DNA of 64,000 nt, from assembly GCF_000143415.4 (NCBI RefSeq), contig NW_003314304.1, forward strand, positions 1,416,841-1,480,840, read 5' to 3'. The notes under the pieces were generated by a model. It saw only the letters and a program-made list of their open reading frames with translations, was not told the origin of the DNA and did not search any database. Positions 24,430 to 35,819 of this stretch are shown here, one piece after another (the first letter of the stretch is position 1; every line of letters begins with the position of its first letter). Source of the stretch: Selaginella moellendorffii. Taxonomy: Eukaryota; Plantae; Lycopodiophyta. The position numbers and the translations under genes were made by a program.

Positions 24430-25312
24430 AGCATTGAATTCCTGGGATATTTGGAAGGCATGAAAGGATATCGCCTTTATTCTCTCAAGCGCAAGACTTT
24501 GCTGGGAAGACGGGATGTGCTCTTTGATGAGAGCAAGCTGTACAAGGATCACGCAGAAGTTTCTGCTCCTACTTTCATGGAACTCCAGCTGGTGGACACA
24601 GTTCACATGACTACAGCTCCTTCTCAAGTCCCGTTGCTGCCTCTTGCTTCTGCTGGTGGTAACGTGGTGGTTCCTCCAGCACTGCCACCACGCCCTCTAG
24701 CTACACCTCTGCCAGAAACCACTTCTGTCTTCAAGAGCCTGGGGTGTGTTCCTCTTGCAGTGGAAGGAAACGTGTACCTGTACAAGTGTGGTGACGATTT
24801 TCTCCTGGTTGCTGTGTACGTTGACGACTGCATTCTCGGTGCAAAAACCCGCCACCTGCTGGACGAGATGAAAAAGAAGCTGAGTGAAGAATTTGAGATG
24901 TCTGACCCGGGCGAGCTTCGCCATTTCCTTGGCATCCAAATTATACGCAATCGAGGAGCACGCACCTTGAGCTTGACACAAGCTCACTATGCAAGGGAGA
25001 TCTTGGAACGCTTCAATATGCTGGACCGCTCTCCCGTGGCCACACCTCTTGAGGTCAATCACAAACTCAGCCGTGACATGGCCCCTGTCACAGAGGAAGA
25101 ACGAGAGTACATGGCCACGGTGCCATATCGTAAAGCTGTGGGGAGTATTGTTTATTTGATGCTGGGAACGTGACCAGATCTCGCCTATGCTGTTGGGATG
25201 GTCTCCCAGTTCCTCGAGCACCCCGGACTTGCACATTGCCAAGCTGTGAAGCGGATTTTCCGCTACGTTTGAGGTACCTTGCAATTGCAACTTCACTATG
25301 GGGCTGCTGTGT
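24430..25312 (+). mobile_element. Ty1/copia fragment (integrase C-terminus joined to RT), same family as 11652-13674
   Basis: FLGY...KGYRLY...RDVLFDE, RT motif VYVDD, PYRKAVGSIVYLM. 25155-25300 closely matches 12970-13115. Confidence 0.85.
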
Positions 25313-25673
25313 CACAGGAACTCCATAGCCGACCGTGTTTTTCTCTCTGTCTAGATTTAACTGGAAAGCATGAGCACAAACACCTTGGAATCATAGGTGG
25401 AGGAAGGTAGTGATTTTTACTCGCATTTTCCCAGAGACATTGCACTCTTGGTTGCTTTTCAACACTGTAGAGTGCTCAATAAGTTTAACATTTAAAAATT
25501 TTAACTTTTAAGTGAATAATTTTATATTTATAATTTGTAAATATGTCTATCCTCCTAGTATATTCTAATTATTCTACCATCTAAATTATATACATATTTA
25601 TAATTATATATTTTTATTTGATTAATTAAATTCATAATTTAAGCAAACAAAGCGTTACGCAGCAAATTATTAA

Positions 25674-26460
25674 CTAGGTAATAATGCTAGATACAAATTG
25701 ACGGGTGAAGATCATTATAAATCGAACAAAAGCCGGCATTTGTTTCTTTGAAATTCTACTGCTACGCAACGTTCCAGAAGCCAAATCAAAGATGCAGCTC
25801 CACCTATAATGAAAGAGCAGTGTCACCTCCGTAGTGTGTTCATTTCCAGCAGCCACCATAAAGATTCTTCCGGGTTTTTTTATCAACTCGGGAATTTTAA
25901 CAGTGCCCAAGCTCAAGGATGCCATTGCCCGCCAGCTGCAACTCTCCTCGTCCAGATACACAAAACAAACCCTGAGGGTTCTAACTTCTGTGTTTCTGTC
26001 ATGTGTTTCGAGCATGCCAATCACTATCTTCCCTGCAAAATCAAAGTCGTCAGCATATACAAAACAACTCTTTTTCCTTACCTCCACTTGAGATGAGGGA
26101 CATGTCCACCTCGTACCAAGGTTGCCGTTCAAATCCCAAGGGAAGATTATTCCAGGTTGCCAGAGTTCGAAGGGTGGCCTTAGGGTTCCACACGTTGAAC
26201 GATTTAAGCCTTCTCACATTGCCCGGTGAAACAGTTAAAAAGTACAAGTGATCGTTCTGGAGCAGCATGCAGTTGTTGGAATAGTTGATGCAATTCATTC
26301 TGACACCGCATACGAGGTCTTCATCCTCCTGGACAGGGGTGAGTTCCGTAGAAGATATCCACGCCGCGGCCCTCGAATCGTACAGGTGGAACACCATGAC
26401 TCCATAGCTGGTCTCTATGGTCACGACTACAACAAACCATGATCCAGAGGGTGGTGCCGA
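25674..26460 (-). pseudogene. F-box-associated-type beta-propeller ORF, frameshifted and lacking an N-terminus
   Basis: Overlapping ORFs 26050-26424 and 25674-26132 with HLYDSRAAAW, LYFLT, FNVWNP...TW and CIFDLASGT. Frameshift near 26075. Confidence 0.45.
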
Positions 26461-26542
26461 TGAGAGAAACCGATGAGAGAAAGCGGCGAGGTTTTTATTA
26501 GAATGGAAGAGAGGTTATTTGAAATGACATGGGAGAGAGTGT

Positions 26543-27682
<1,140 letters not shown>

Positions 27683-27787
27683 CGAGAAGAACGATCATGG
27701 CCGTTGAACAGGCGCCCAGGATACAATCAATCGTGACCGTTGAATCTCAGATATTTCTTGTTGCCCGTTGGGGGTTTAGGGTTCTTG

Positions 27788-29140
27788 ATGAGCCCAAAGC
27801 GCGCTCTTGCCAAGCTCCGCAATCTCGCGAAGTGGAACAGGTCCCTCGATCCATTCGATTACTACGGTGTCGTGCGCACATCATTCCCGGTGGAGGTCAC
27901 GGACGAGGAATTGCTCGTGCATTTGCATCGCACGCTGATCGAGGCCAGGGTTGAGGCGGCGCAGCGTCCACGGCCGGAATCACAGTTCTTCTACATCTGG
28001 GACACCGCAGCGTACAAGAAGTTCCAGGAAATCCCATCCGAGAGGCATCCGCTCTTCCGCTGGGTGGAGGAGCGGCTAGAACAGGGCAGGATCTACACCA
28101 CGGCCGAGGAAATGGATCAAGAACAGGGCTGGCTGCCGTGCTCGGTGCGTCCATCGCAGTACGAGGTACGTCGCGTGACCAGGAAATATCTGGGATTCGA
28201 GAGCACTCCAGAGGAGCTGGACGTCGGGCTGGCGGATTTGATCCAAGCGCGTGGCATGAAAGAAGATTTCGTGGAGCGGCAAGGCCTGTTCGTGACGGGA
28301 TCGCGGGTTTTGATCCGAGAGGCTGTGGTCTTGCCCGAGATCTGGATGAGGCTCCTCAAATATTTCGAGGAGAGTTGCTTCTCCAACGAGAGAGTCTTTG
28401 ATCTTCCACAGCTACGACAGGTTTACGAGTGTGAGGGGAAGCCGGCAGAGATGTCGATCAACGAGCACTTTGGGATGGATTTGAGGAAGGATGTGATGCT
28501 CTTCCAGCCCAGCTTCGAGGTCGCGATCGAGAAACTGCCTCACAGCATTCCAGATTGGTGTGACGAGTTTCCAGTGGAGAAGAAATTCTGGGAGCGTCTA
28601 CCCGACGCGGAAGAACGTCCCTGGGACAGGAAACATGCGTGGTTTAAGCTCCACAAGCCGGACGAGAGGAGGCTGGTCTACTGCTGTGACTTTCGAGCTT
28701 ACATGAATCTCAACAACGAGTTTGACGATCCGGAGAGCGAGCTGGGAAAATGGACGAGGAAGTGCCTCGAAGGTGGGAAGCTCTACGTGAGAGACTGGAT
28801 GGTTCCGAGGAGAAAGGGATTGAAGGCCAGGAAGGAGGACGTGGTTGTGGTGAATTCCAGGGGCTGGAAGGTACTCCCTTGGCCGGAGTCATGTCCGGAG
28901 TTTGATAACGAGTATCCAGCGCTGTCCAGGGCTGGCTGGCCGGACCTCGACTACTGCTTCATCGTGGATAGATATTTCAAGGAGATTGTGTTCGTGACCG
29001 GGGATCCAGCCATTGCAAGCGAGGTGGCGAATCCAACATTGAGAAATTCGCTCTTGAGGAGGAGGAAGCATCACTTACTGCACGATATAAGGCAGGTCTA
29101 TAGCTGTGGCAGCGAGCCCGCTCCGGTGGATCTCGGCTAG
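27788..29140 (+). CDS. Intronless orphan protein with two tandem PIN-like domains
   Basis: 450-aa ORF from the first ATG. Internal duplication: FPVE/FPVE, YIWDTAAY/YCCDFRAY, EQGRIY/EGGKLY, LFVTGS/VFVTGD, RQVYEC/RQVYSC. The PIN assignment is inference. Confidence 0.7.
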   Translation: MSPKRALAKLRNLAKWNRSLDPFDYYGVVRTSFPVEVTDEELLVHLHRTLIEARVEAAQRPRPESQFFYIWDTAAYKKFQEIPSERHPLFRWVEERLEQGRIYTTAEEMDQEQGWLPCSVRPSQYEVRRVTRKYLGFESTPEELDVGLADLIQARGMKEDFVERQGLFVTGSRVLIREAVVLPEIWMRLLKYFEESCFSNERVFDLPQLRQVYECEGKPAEMSINEHFGMDLRKDVMLFQPSFEVAIEKLPHSIPDWCDEFPVEKKFWERLPDAEERPWDRKHAWFKLHKPDERRLVYCCDFRAYMNLNNEFDDPESELGKWTRKCLEGGKLYVRDWMVPRRKGLKARKEDVVVVNSRGWKVLPWPESCPEFDNEYPALSRAGWPDLDYCFIVDRYFKEIVFVTGDPAIASEVANPTLRNSLLRRRKHHLLHDIRQVYSCGSEPAPVDLG

Positions 29141-29281
29141 AGACTGGTGAGTAATTTTCGTTTGCTTTCTGCAAAGAAAAAGCTAATCGTCCTTTGACAG
29201 CTTGCTCAAAATTGACAGCGAAACAAGTAAGTCTCCTCTCGATATCTTAAGTTCGCTTGGCTAAGTGGTAAACGTGTCCAT

Positions 29282-31132
29282 ATGATCCATGCTTTAAGAA
29301 GGGAAAGATGTAGACCCGGGCAAGCCGCTGCTCTTTTGAGCTTGAGTAAGGATGACAAGCACGTTTGCCTGGACGATCGTCAAGTAAGCACCGCTGTCGA
29401 CGAGCTCGACAGATCCGGCAGAAGCTGCTCCTACGACACTTACGCTAGCTTTCTACGGCAGTGTGGTGACAACAGGGCCTTGGAGCAGGGGAAAAAGGTC
29501 CACGCTCTCATTTCCCGGGAAAAAGGTCCACGCTCTCATTTCCGCGGGGACAGGTTTTTGGGAAACTTGCTGGTGCAAATGTATGGCAAGTGCCAGAGCT
29601 TGGATGATGCTGTCGCGGCTTTCGAGAGCATCGAGCGGAAGAATCTCTTCACGTGGACGATAATGTTCGCGGCGTTTGCCCACAATGGGTATGTTCTACA
29701 GGCAAGGGAGCTGTTCGACAAAATGCCGCAAAGAGATCTGGTTTCCTGGACCACGATGGTGGCTGCCTATGCCAGCAATGGTTGCAACGGTGAAGCTCTG
29801 GACGTGTTTAAAGCGATGGACTTGGAGGGTGTCCAGGTCGATGGCATTGCAGTTCTGAGTACGTTGGATGCTTGTACTGAACTCGCACACGGTCGGGTGA
29901 TTCATCAGGCAGTTTCAGGGACGATCCTTGAAGACGACGTGAAAGTTGGAACAGCGCTGGTCACCATGTATGGCAGATGCCACTGCCTGGTAAGTGCTCG
30001 GATAGCCTTTTGCGAGATTTTCGAGAAGAACCTGATCTCCTGGAATGCCATGGTTGCAGCATACGCTCAGAATGGATCCCGTAAGCAAGCTCTGCTGGTG
30101 TTTCGCTTCATGGATCTGGAAGGAGTTGGGCCCGGCCCCGTGACGTTTACCAGCATTTTGGAGGTATGTGCGAGCTCTTCCGCTCTGGAAGACGGGAGAT
30201 ATATCCACTCCAAAGCAGTCGCATCAGGATGCCACAACGATGTTAAGGTGGCAAGCGCGCTCGTCAACATGTATGGAAAGTGTGGCAGCGTTAACGATGC
30301 AAAGCAGATTTTCGACAGCGTTCCTCACAAGAACGTGGTGACATGGTCGGCCATGGTTGCTGCTTATGCTCAGAACGACTGTGGGAAAGAAGCTCTCGAG
30401 CTGGGGATTTACATGGATCTGGAGGGCCTGCTACCGAACGAAGTTACTTTCGTCAGCATGGTGGATGCGTGCGCTTGCATCCCGGCGCTGAGACAGGGAA
30501 GGCTGCTTCACGAGGGCATCCGCGTGAACTTCAAGGCTCCATTGGTACTCGAGCTTGACAACGCTTTGATCCACATGTATGGACAGTGCGGGGCCCTTGA
30601 GGATTCCAGGAAAGTTTTCGACAGCATGGGCCTCCGGGACAGCATCACGTGGAACGCTTTGATAACAGCGTACGCTCAAAATGGAGTCCCTGAGGAGGCC
30701 TTGGTTCTGTTCCAGGATATGAAGCTAGATGGAACAAGTCCGTCCGAACTCACCTTCATGAGCGTTCTGTCGGCTTGCAGCCACTCTGGATTGCTCGGGT
30801 ACGCAAGGCAGTGCTTTGTCTCTATCACCGGTGATTTTTTCATGGCTCCGGTGGCAGGTCACTTTCGGTGTCTGATCAATCTTCTGGGCCGAGCAGGGAG
30901 GCTGACCGACGCAGAAGAATTGATGAGCAGCATGCCGTTTGAAGCCAGTGGCTTGGAGCTGGCGAGCTTGCTTCATGGATGCAAGACACAGGGAAGTCTC
31001 AGAGGAGGAGCTCGAATCGCAAGAAAAGTCATGGAAGGCGGGGATCCGGTCGGGCCTTCCTCACCTTATGTGTTGCTATCAAGCATCTGGAGAGACAGCG
31101 ACCAGGAGGAGGAAGAGTTACAGCAGCTATAG
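29282..31132 (+). CDS. PLS-class PPR protein with E domain (organellar RNA-editing factor type), no DYW
   Basis: Intronless 616 aa with repeated LVxMYGKC / SWNAMVAAYAQNG motifs and a terminal HFRCLINLLGRAG...PYVLLSSI E domain. Confidence 0.93.
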   Translation: MIHALRRERCRPGQAAALLSLSKDDKHVCLDDRQVSTAVDELDRSGRSCSYDTYASFLRQCGDNRALEQGKKVHALISREKGPRSHFRGDRFLGNLLVQMYGKCQSLDDAVAAFESIERKNLFTWTIMFAAFAHNGYVLQARELFDKMPQRDLVSWTTMVAAYASNGCNGEALDVFKAMDLEGVQVDGIAVLSTLDACTELAHGRVIHQAVSGTILEDDVKVGTALVTMYGRCHCLVSARIAFCEIFEKNLISWNAMVAAYAQNGSRKQALLVFRFMDLEGVGPGPVTFTSILEVCASSSALEDGRYIHSKAVASGCHNDVKVASALVNMYGKCGSVNDAKQIFDSVPHKNVVTWSAMVAAYAQNDCGKEALELGIYMDLEGLLPNEVTFVSMVDACACIPALRQGRLLHEGIRVNFKAPLVLELDNALIHMYGQCGALEDSRKVFDSMGLRDSITWNALITAYAQNGVPEEALVLFQDMKLDGTSPSELTFMSVLSACSHSGLLGYARQCFVSITGDFFMAPVAGHFRCLINLLGRAGRLTDAEELMSSMPFEASGLELASLLHGCKTQGSLRGGARIARKVMEGGDPVGPSSPYVLLSSIWRDSDQEEEELQQL

Positions 31133-31175
31133 GCAGAAAAAGTGCTAGGACAACATCTTAGAGTTGACATTTGAT

Positions 31176-32732
31176 TCAGAACGACGTGGCCGCGAGTTCT
31201 TCACAGAAACGAGATAAGTTCTGGAAGGACGAGCCACCGTTCGCGACAGCAGCTCTGGCGACGTCTTTCATCTGCTTGGCTTTTGCCCGAAGCTCGGCTG
31301 CAACTTCGTGATCTTCCATGATCTCCCGTATGATCTTCTGGATCTGGACAGATTTTATCACGCCGCCTCTCTTGGCGGCATTAACAGCAGCGGTGGTGTC
31401 GATGTCGGTGTCGGTGACTTGATGAAAACGGAGACCGAGCTTCCAGTCCTCGGCCATGAGCTTGCAGTTTAAGTTCTGCTCGGCAGCCCAAGGCCATCCG
31501 ACCATTGGAACTCCGCTGGCTATGCTCTCCTGGATGGAGTTCCAACCGCAGTGGGTGACGAAGCATCCTACGGCAGCATGCGAGAGAACTTTGAGCTGCG
31601 GCGACCAGGCAGTGACGAAGCCGAAGTTTCTGGTTCTCTTCAGGAACGCTGCTTTCCTCTGCTCGACGCCGCTCTCGTCCAATCGTGGAAGAACATCCGG
31701 ACGAGCGGCCGTGACGAGCTCTGGACGGATCACCCACAGGAACGGCTGCTTCATGGCTTCCAACGCCTCGGCGAGCTCCTCAAACTGATCCACGGACAGT
31801 ACGGCATTACTTCCGAAAGAAATGTACACTACGGAAGCTGGAGCCTGGCCGTCCAGCCACTCGAGGCACTGCTCGTCTGCCGGTCGCAAAGCTATGGTGG
31901 AGCTGGAGCTGTGGAGCAGGGAGAGCGGTCCGACCGACACGAACTTGTGGCCGAGACGCTGCTGCATCGCCTCAAAGACCTGAGGCTCGAGCTCGCTGAA
32001 AGAGTCGACGAGGACCCAGGCAGCTTGACGTATCAACGGGGCTCTCTCGACAATCATCTGGATCCATCGCTCGCTGGCCGTGTGGAGATACGTGGGAATG
32101 TCAGCCGGGTGAAGTGGAGGGAGGCCGGGGATATAGTCGACGAGGAAGGAGGCTTGGTCGAGCTCTAAGACTGCAGGGAAACAGGACGAGAAAAAGCTTA
32201 GAAGTTCCGGAAAATGAATCGCGAGTGATCGATCACCTGGAACGTGGTTCCTGGAGACCATGTCTTGGATGTGGAACTCGAGCGAGGACCAGGCAGCGCA
32301 GCCACACCAGAGCGCCACTCTGGGGATTCCAAACTTGTCGGCGACTCGCTGCGTCCAGGGGAGGAAGTAGTCGGAGATGAGGCAGCAAAAGTTGGAGCTG
32401 GGGTGGAGCTCGCGGAGGAGCTTTTCGAGTTCGACGTTCATGCTCTCGGCGGCCTCCATGAAGGACACCATGTTTTGCATGCAGTACGCATCGAAGCCGT
32501 GCGGGATGGACCAGTGGAAGGGGATGGAAACGAAGCGAAGTTGATCGAAGGATGGAGATGGAGATGGAGAAGTTTGTGTTGCTGCGTGGAGCTTGCGGTG
32601 GATGCTATCAATGTTGACAATGGTCACCACAACGCTTGTGGAGCGCGAGATCAAGTGTTTGACGAGATTGAGCATTGGAGAGATGTGGCCTTGTCCTGGA
32701 AATGGCATCGCCAGGATGTGAACTTGGGACAT
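31176..32732 (-). CDS. Family-1 UDP-glycosyltransferase
   Basis: PFPGQGH N-terminal motif and PSPG box WSPQLKVLSHAAVGCFVTHCGWNSIQESIASGVPMVGWPWAAEQ. One predicted 66-nt intron at 32171-32236. Confidence 0.95.
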   Translation of the reverse strand: MSQVHILAMPFPGQGHISPMLNLVKHLISRSTSVVVTIVNIDSIHRKLHAATQTSPSPSPSFDQLRFVSIPFHWSIPHGFDAYCMQNMVSFMEAAESMNVELEKLLRELHPSSNFCCLISDYFLPWTQRVADKFGIPRVALWCGCAAWSSLEFHIQDMVSRNHVPGDRSLAIHFPELLSFFSSCFPAVLELDQASFLVDYIPGLPPLHPADIPTYLHTASERWIQMIVERAPLIRQAAWVLVDSFSELEPQVFEAMQQRLGHKFVSVGPLSLLHSSSSTIALRPADEQCLEWLDGQAPASVVYISFGSNAVLSVDQFEELAEALEAMKQPFLWVIRPELVTAARPDVLPRLDESGVEQRKAAFLKRTRNFGFVTAWSPQLKVLSHAAVGCFVTHCGWNSIQESIASGVPMVGWPWAAEQNLNCKLMAEDWKLGLRFHQVTDTDIDTTAAVNAAKRGGVIKSVQIQKIIREIMEDHEVAAELRAKAKQMKDVARAAVANGGSSFQNLSRFCEELAATSF

Positions 32733-33219
32733 TCTTTGGTGCCTCCAATTGCTTGTACGAGTGAATGTGTGAGTGTCTGTGGGTGTGAGGGTGTCCTTCA
32801 TGCAATATATTCACTTTATTTGAGAACCTTACATGCTGGGTATTTGAGGGAAAACAAGTGTAGGATGAGGACATGATCAAATAGTTGGGCGATGTGAATA
32901 GTAGCTCTGTTGGATCGGCTAATAGAGAGTTTGCTCATATTACCATTATCAATTGCAATCTAGAGAGTTTCTCATTTGAGTTTATGGTGTATATTGGATG
33001 ATATATTTGGGTGATCTATGGCAATTAATTTGTTGTTAGCAGTTAACACCATATGGCACCAGGTACAGGTACAGCAGGATTGGTGAAACACATGTCTTTT
33101 CAGGTAAAAGTATGAAAAAGATTTCTGTAAAAGGCACGGGTGTGTGTAAACTTATGAAATCATTTGAGAATATTTTTTTTATGTATGAGCATGCATGTTC
33201 ATCTTGCCACTTTGATGCC

Positions 33220-33245
33220 ACATCATCATCATCATCATCATCATC
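33220..33245. repeat. (CAT)n microsatellite
   Basis: Run of catcatcat... visible directly. Confidence 0.85.
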
Positions 33246-34083
33246 TCAGGTTTAAGCACTGTATAAATGTGTGGTTTATAATTGAATTATAATATGACAA
33301 GATTCCCTTTGTTAGATTTTGTTGTGAACAAAAATCCATGAGTGAGATCTCTTTGCAAGTAGGCTGTTGTTTTAATTCCTGTGCTATATGGGCGTTTTTA
33401 TTGCATTTAGTATGGATTTGCAATCAGAGCACTACATCAGATTGTTAGCCAAGGTTTTTTTTTCTTGCATGGGTGTTTTGCCATCCACTTATAGTGCTAT
33501 TAGCAAGTAACAACAAATGCCTTTAAGGGGTAAAATTATGATTTATATATTAACATTAGAAATATAAACAAGGTTTTCACTAGTGAAGAGTATCTCTCCA
33601 TGCAAATAAGTCATAATCAACGCAAAAATACAAGCTTCCACCCTAGGTTGTATGATGTGTGTGATGTCACGAGGTTATATGGCCCACGGGAAGAAGCCAC
33701 AACTCTCATATGGATGTAGACAAACAAACATGCATCCCCATTTTTATGTGTTGCCATATATTGCTCAAGCTTGTGTCCATCAGTCTGATTTGGCTTCCAC
33801 CTCTACTATTAGAGCCTCCATATTATATCATGTGGTTGGAGCTTCCACCATTTCATGTGGAGCTTTTTCATTGGTGATCTTTTATTACCATTTTACATGA
33901 AGACTCTTCCATCATTTTTTGCATTACACTTCTTCATATGAAGGCATATCCTTCATCTCCTTGCATTGCACTTCCTCACATGAAGGCATTATAGTATAAT
34001 AACTCTACTTACTTCAATGTATCTGAGTAAGAAATAAAAAGCCCAACCAACAATCTGATGTAAGTCAACTCAAAATATGCCCA

Positions 34084-34363
34084 TGTCATACAAGGATAGC
34101 ACAACACACCAAAACACAAAAGAACAAGAGTTATACTGTGGTGTGCAATGACTTGATCAATGCTTATTCTTGCTCTTCAAGTGCCTATGTTGTGCCTAGA
34201 TAACACACAAAAGAATAAGACACATGGTTACCTACACACAAAGAGCTCTCACTCAAACCCTAGTCAATGTATGCTCTTACTCTTTGTTACACCTAAGATT
34301 GTGGGAAAGCTGTCACTCTTGAAAGAAAAGGTGAAATATGAAAGTGCTAGATTTTGTATGACA
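34084..34363 (-). mobile_element. Putative solo LTR
   Basis: TG...CA ends within an 11-bp inverted repeat (atgtcatacaa / ttgtatgacat). No clear target-site duplication. Confidence 0.35.
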
Positions 34364-34602
34364 TCCATTTGTGTGCATTTGTATGACATCCATTAGGTGC
34401 AATGTGGATGAGAAAAGAAATGATTCTTACTTTGTATACTCCTTTCCAATATTCCATCTTTATAGAAGTGGCATGCAGAAAATGGCCACCTTTATCCCTT
34501 TTCCACAATCCCTAATTATAATTAGCTTGTGTTCTTAAAGGTGATAATATGGAGATTAATATATGGACATTTTAGGGTTCTTGAGTGTTAGGGCTCATGG
34601 TC

Positions 34603-35298
34603 ATGGACATCATCACGCAACTCCAGGACCAGGTGAACAAGATCGCCTTCCTCGCCTTCAACAGCGTCGGATCCTTGCAGCGCGATGCAGCGCCGGTCCG
34701 CCTCTCGCAAAACTACCCGGATCCACAGGCACTAGCTCCTGGCGCGCCTCCTCTGCCCGGCCAGCAGCAGCAGCAGCAGCAGCAAGCACAGCAATCACAG
34801 CAGCCACAACAGCAGCAAGAACAAGCCCCGGAAATGGCATCGACTCTCGTCCAGGCCGCAAAACAGGTTTGGATTTCTCGATTCTTTTTTCTTTCGTTCT
34901 TGCTCATTTTTTTTTTCTTTGCTGGCGCTTTTTCTCAGTTTGATGCGCTTGTGGCTGCCTTGCCAATAGCTGAAGGTGGTGAAGAGGCACAGCTCAAGCG
35001 AATTGCGGAGCTCCAGGTACTCTGTTGTTTTCTTCATTGATAGCAAAAACAAAGTAAGATCTCCTATTGAGCAGGCAGAAAACGAGGAGATTGGGAAAGA
35101 GCTACAGCTGGAGCTGGATCTTGCAGGTTCACTATTGATATTTCTCTCAGCTAAACAAACTAGACACAAAACCTCGTCTTCTTTTTTTTTTTTTTCCTGC
35201 GTGTTTGATTGAAAAACACAGAAGAAGAGCTCAAACTAATGAGGGAGCTCTTCCACACAGCTGCGGACGACTGCCTTCGTTTCAAGCAGTTACAATGA
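34603..35298 (+). CDS. MED21: Mediator of RNA polymerase II subunit 21 (4 exons, polyQ insert)
   Basis: MDIITQLQDQVN...LQRDAAPVRLSQNYP...LVQAAKQ|FDALVAALP...QLKRIAELQ|AENEEIGKELQ...AADDCL. Confidence 0.92.
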
Positions 35299-35356
35299 CA
35301 AAAGCTTTCGAGGAGGTGAGTAGAGTTTTCCTATTCACATCAGAAACTCCTGACAA

Positions 35357-35656
35357 TTAACTTACACCACGCTGATCTCCAGGAACATCGCTCTTTGCAG
35401 CTCCATTCTGTTCCTGGCAGTTTGATCTCGAGCTCTCGCTCTCGCGGCCTGGAGCCCGACTCTCCTCCTCCTGGCATTTTGAGCTAGCGGCTCCACTACC
35501 ACCACTCTCCTCGCTCTTGGAATCCAGCTCTTGAACGGCCGTGAAGAGCGAGACTACGCTTTGAGCAATTTCTTCGACCACGGCTGCTTTGACAGCGTTT
35601 GATCCCCTTCGCGGCTGCTGCTGCTGCTGCTGCTGATGGTTTTCCTGCTCCTCCAT
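35357..35656 (-). CDS. Small polyQ/coiled-coil protein of unknown function (may be spliced at a donor near 35367)
   Basis: 99-aa ATG ORF with coding-like composition, ending over a GTAAG donor. No recognised family. Confidence 0.4.
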   Translation of the reverse strand: MEEQENHQQQQQQQPRRGSNAVKAAVVEEIAQSVVSLFTAVQELDSKSEESGGSGAASSKCQEEESRAPGRESESSRSNCQEQNGAAKSDVPGDQRGVS

Positions 35657-35819
35657 TGGAAACCAGAAATCAGTGACGATTCCTCGAGGACAAACACAAC
35701 TTATGCATCTCTGTCACGAACCTCCGAAGGCAGCGTGTCTTCTCCTCATAGGGCCAAGTGTTCTTCCATTTTCTTCATCATCTAAAGACGCGTGTTTCCA
35801 TAGACCGCTTTCTTGTCTG

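Noticed and set aside
31381-32876. Long antisense and alternate-frame ORFs over the UGT (likewise over UBQ, HAL2 and 41554-43506)
   Set aside because: Shadow ORFs expected from GC3-rich coding sequence; no motifs.
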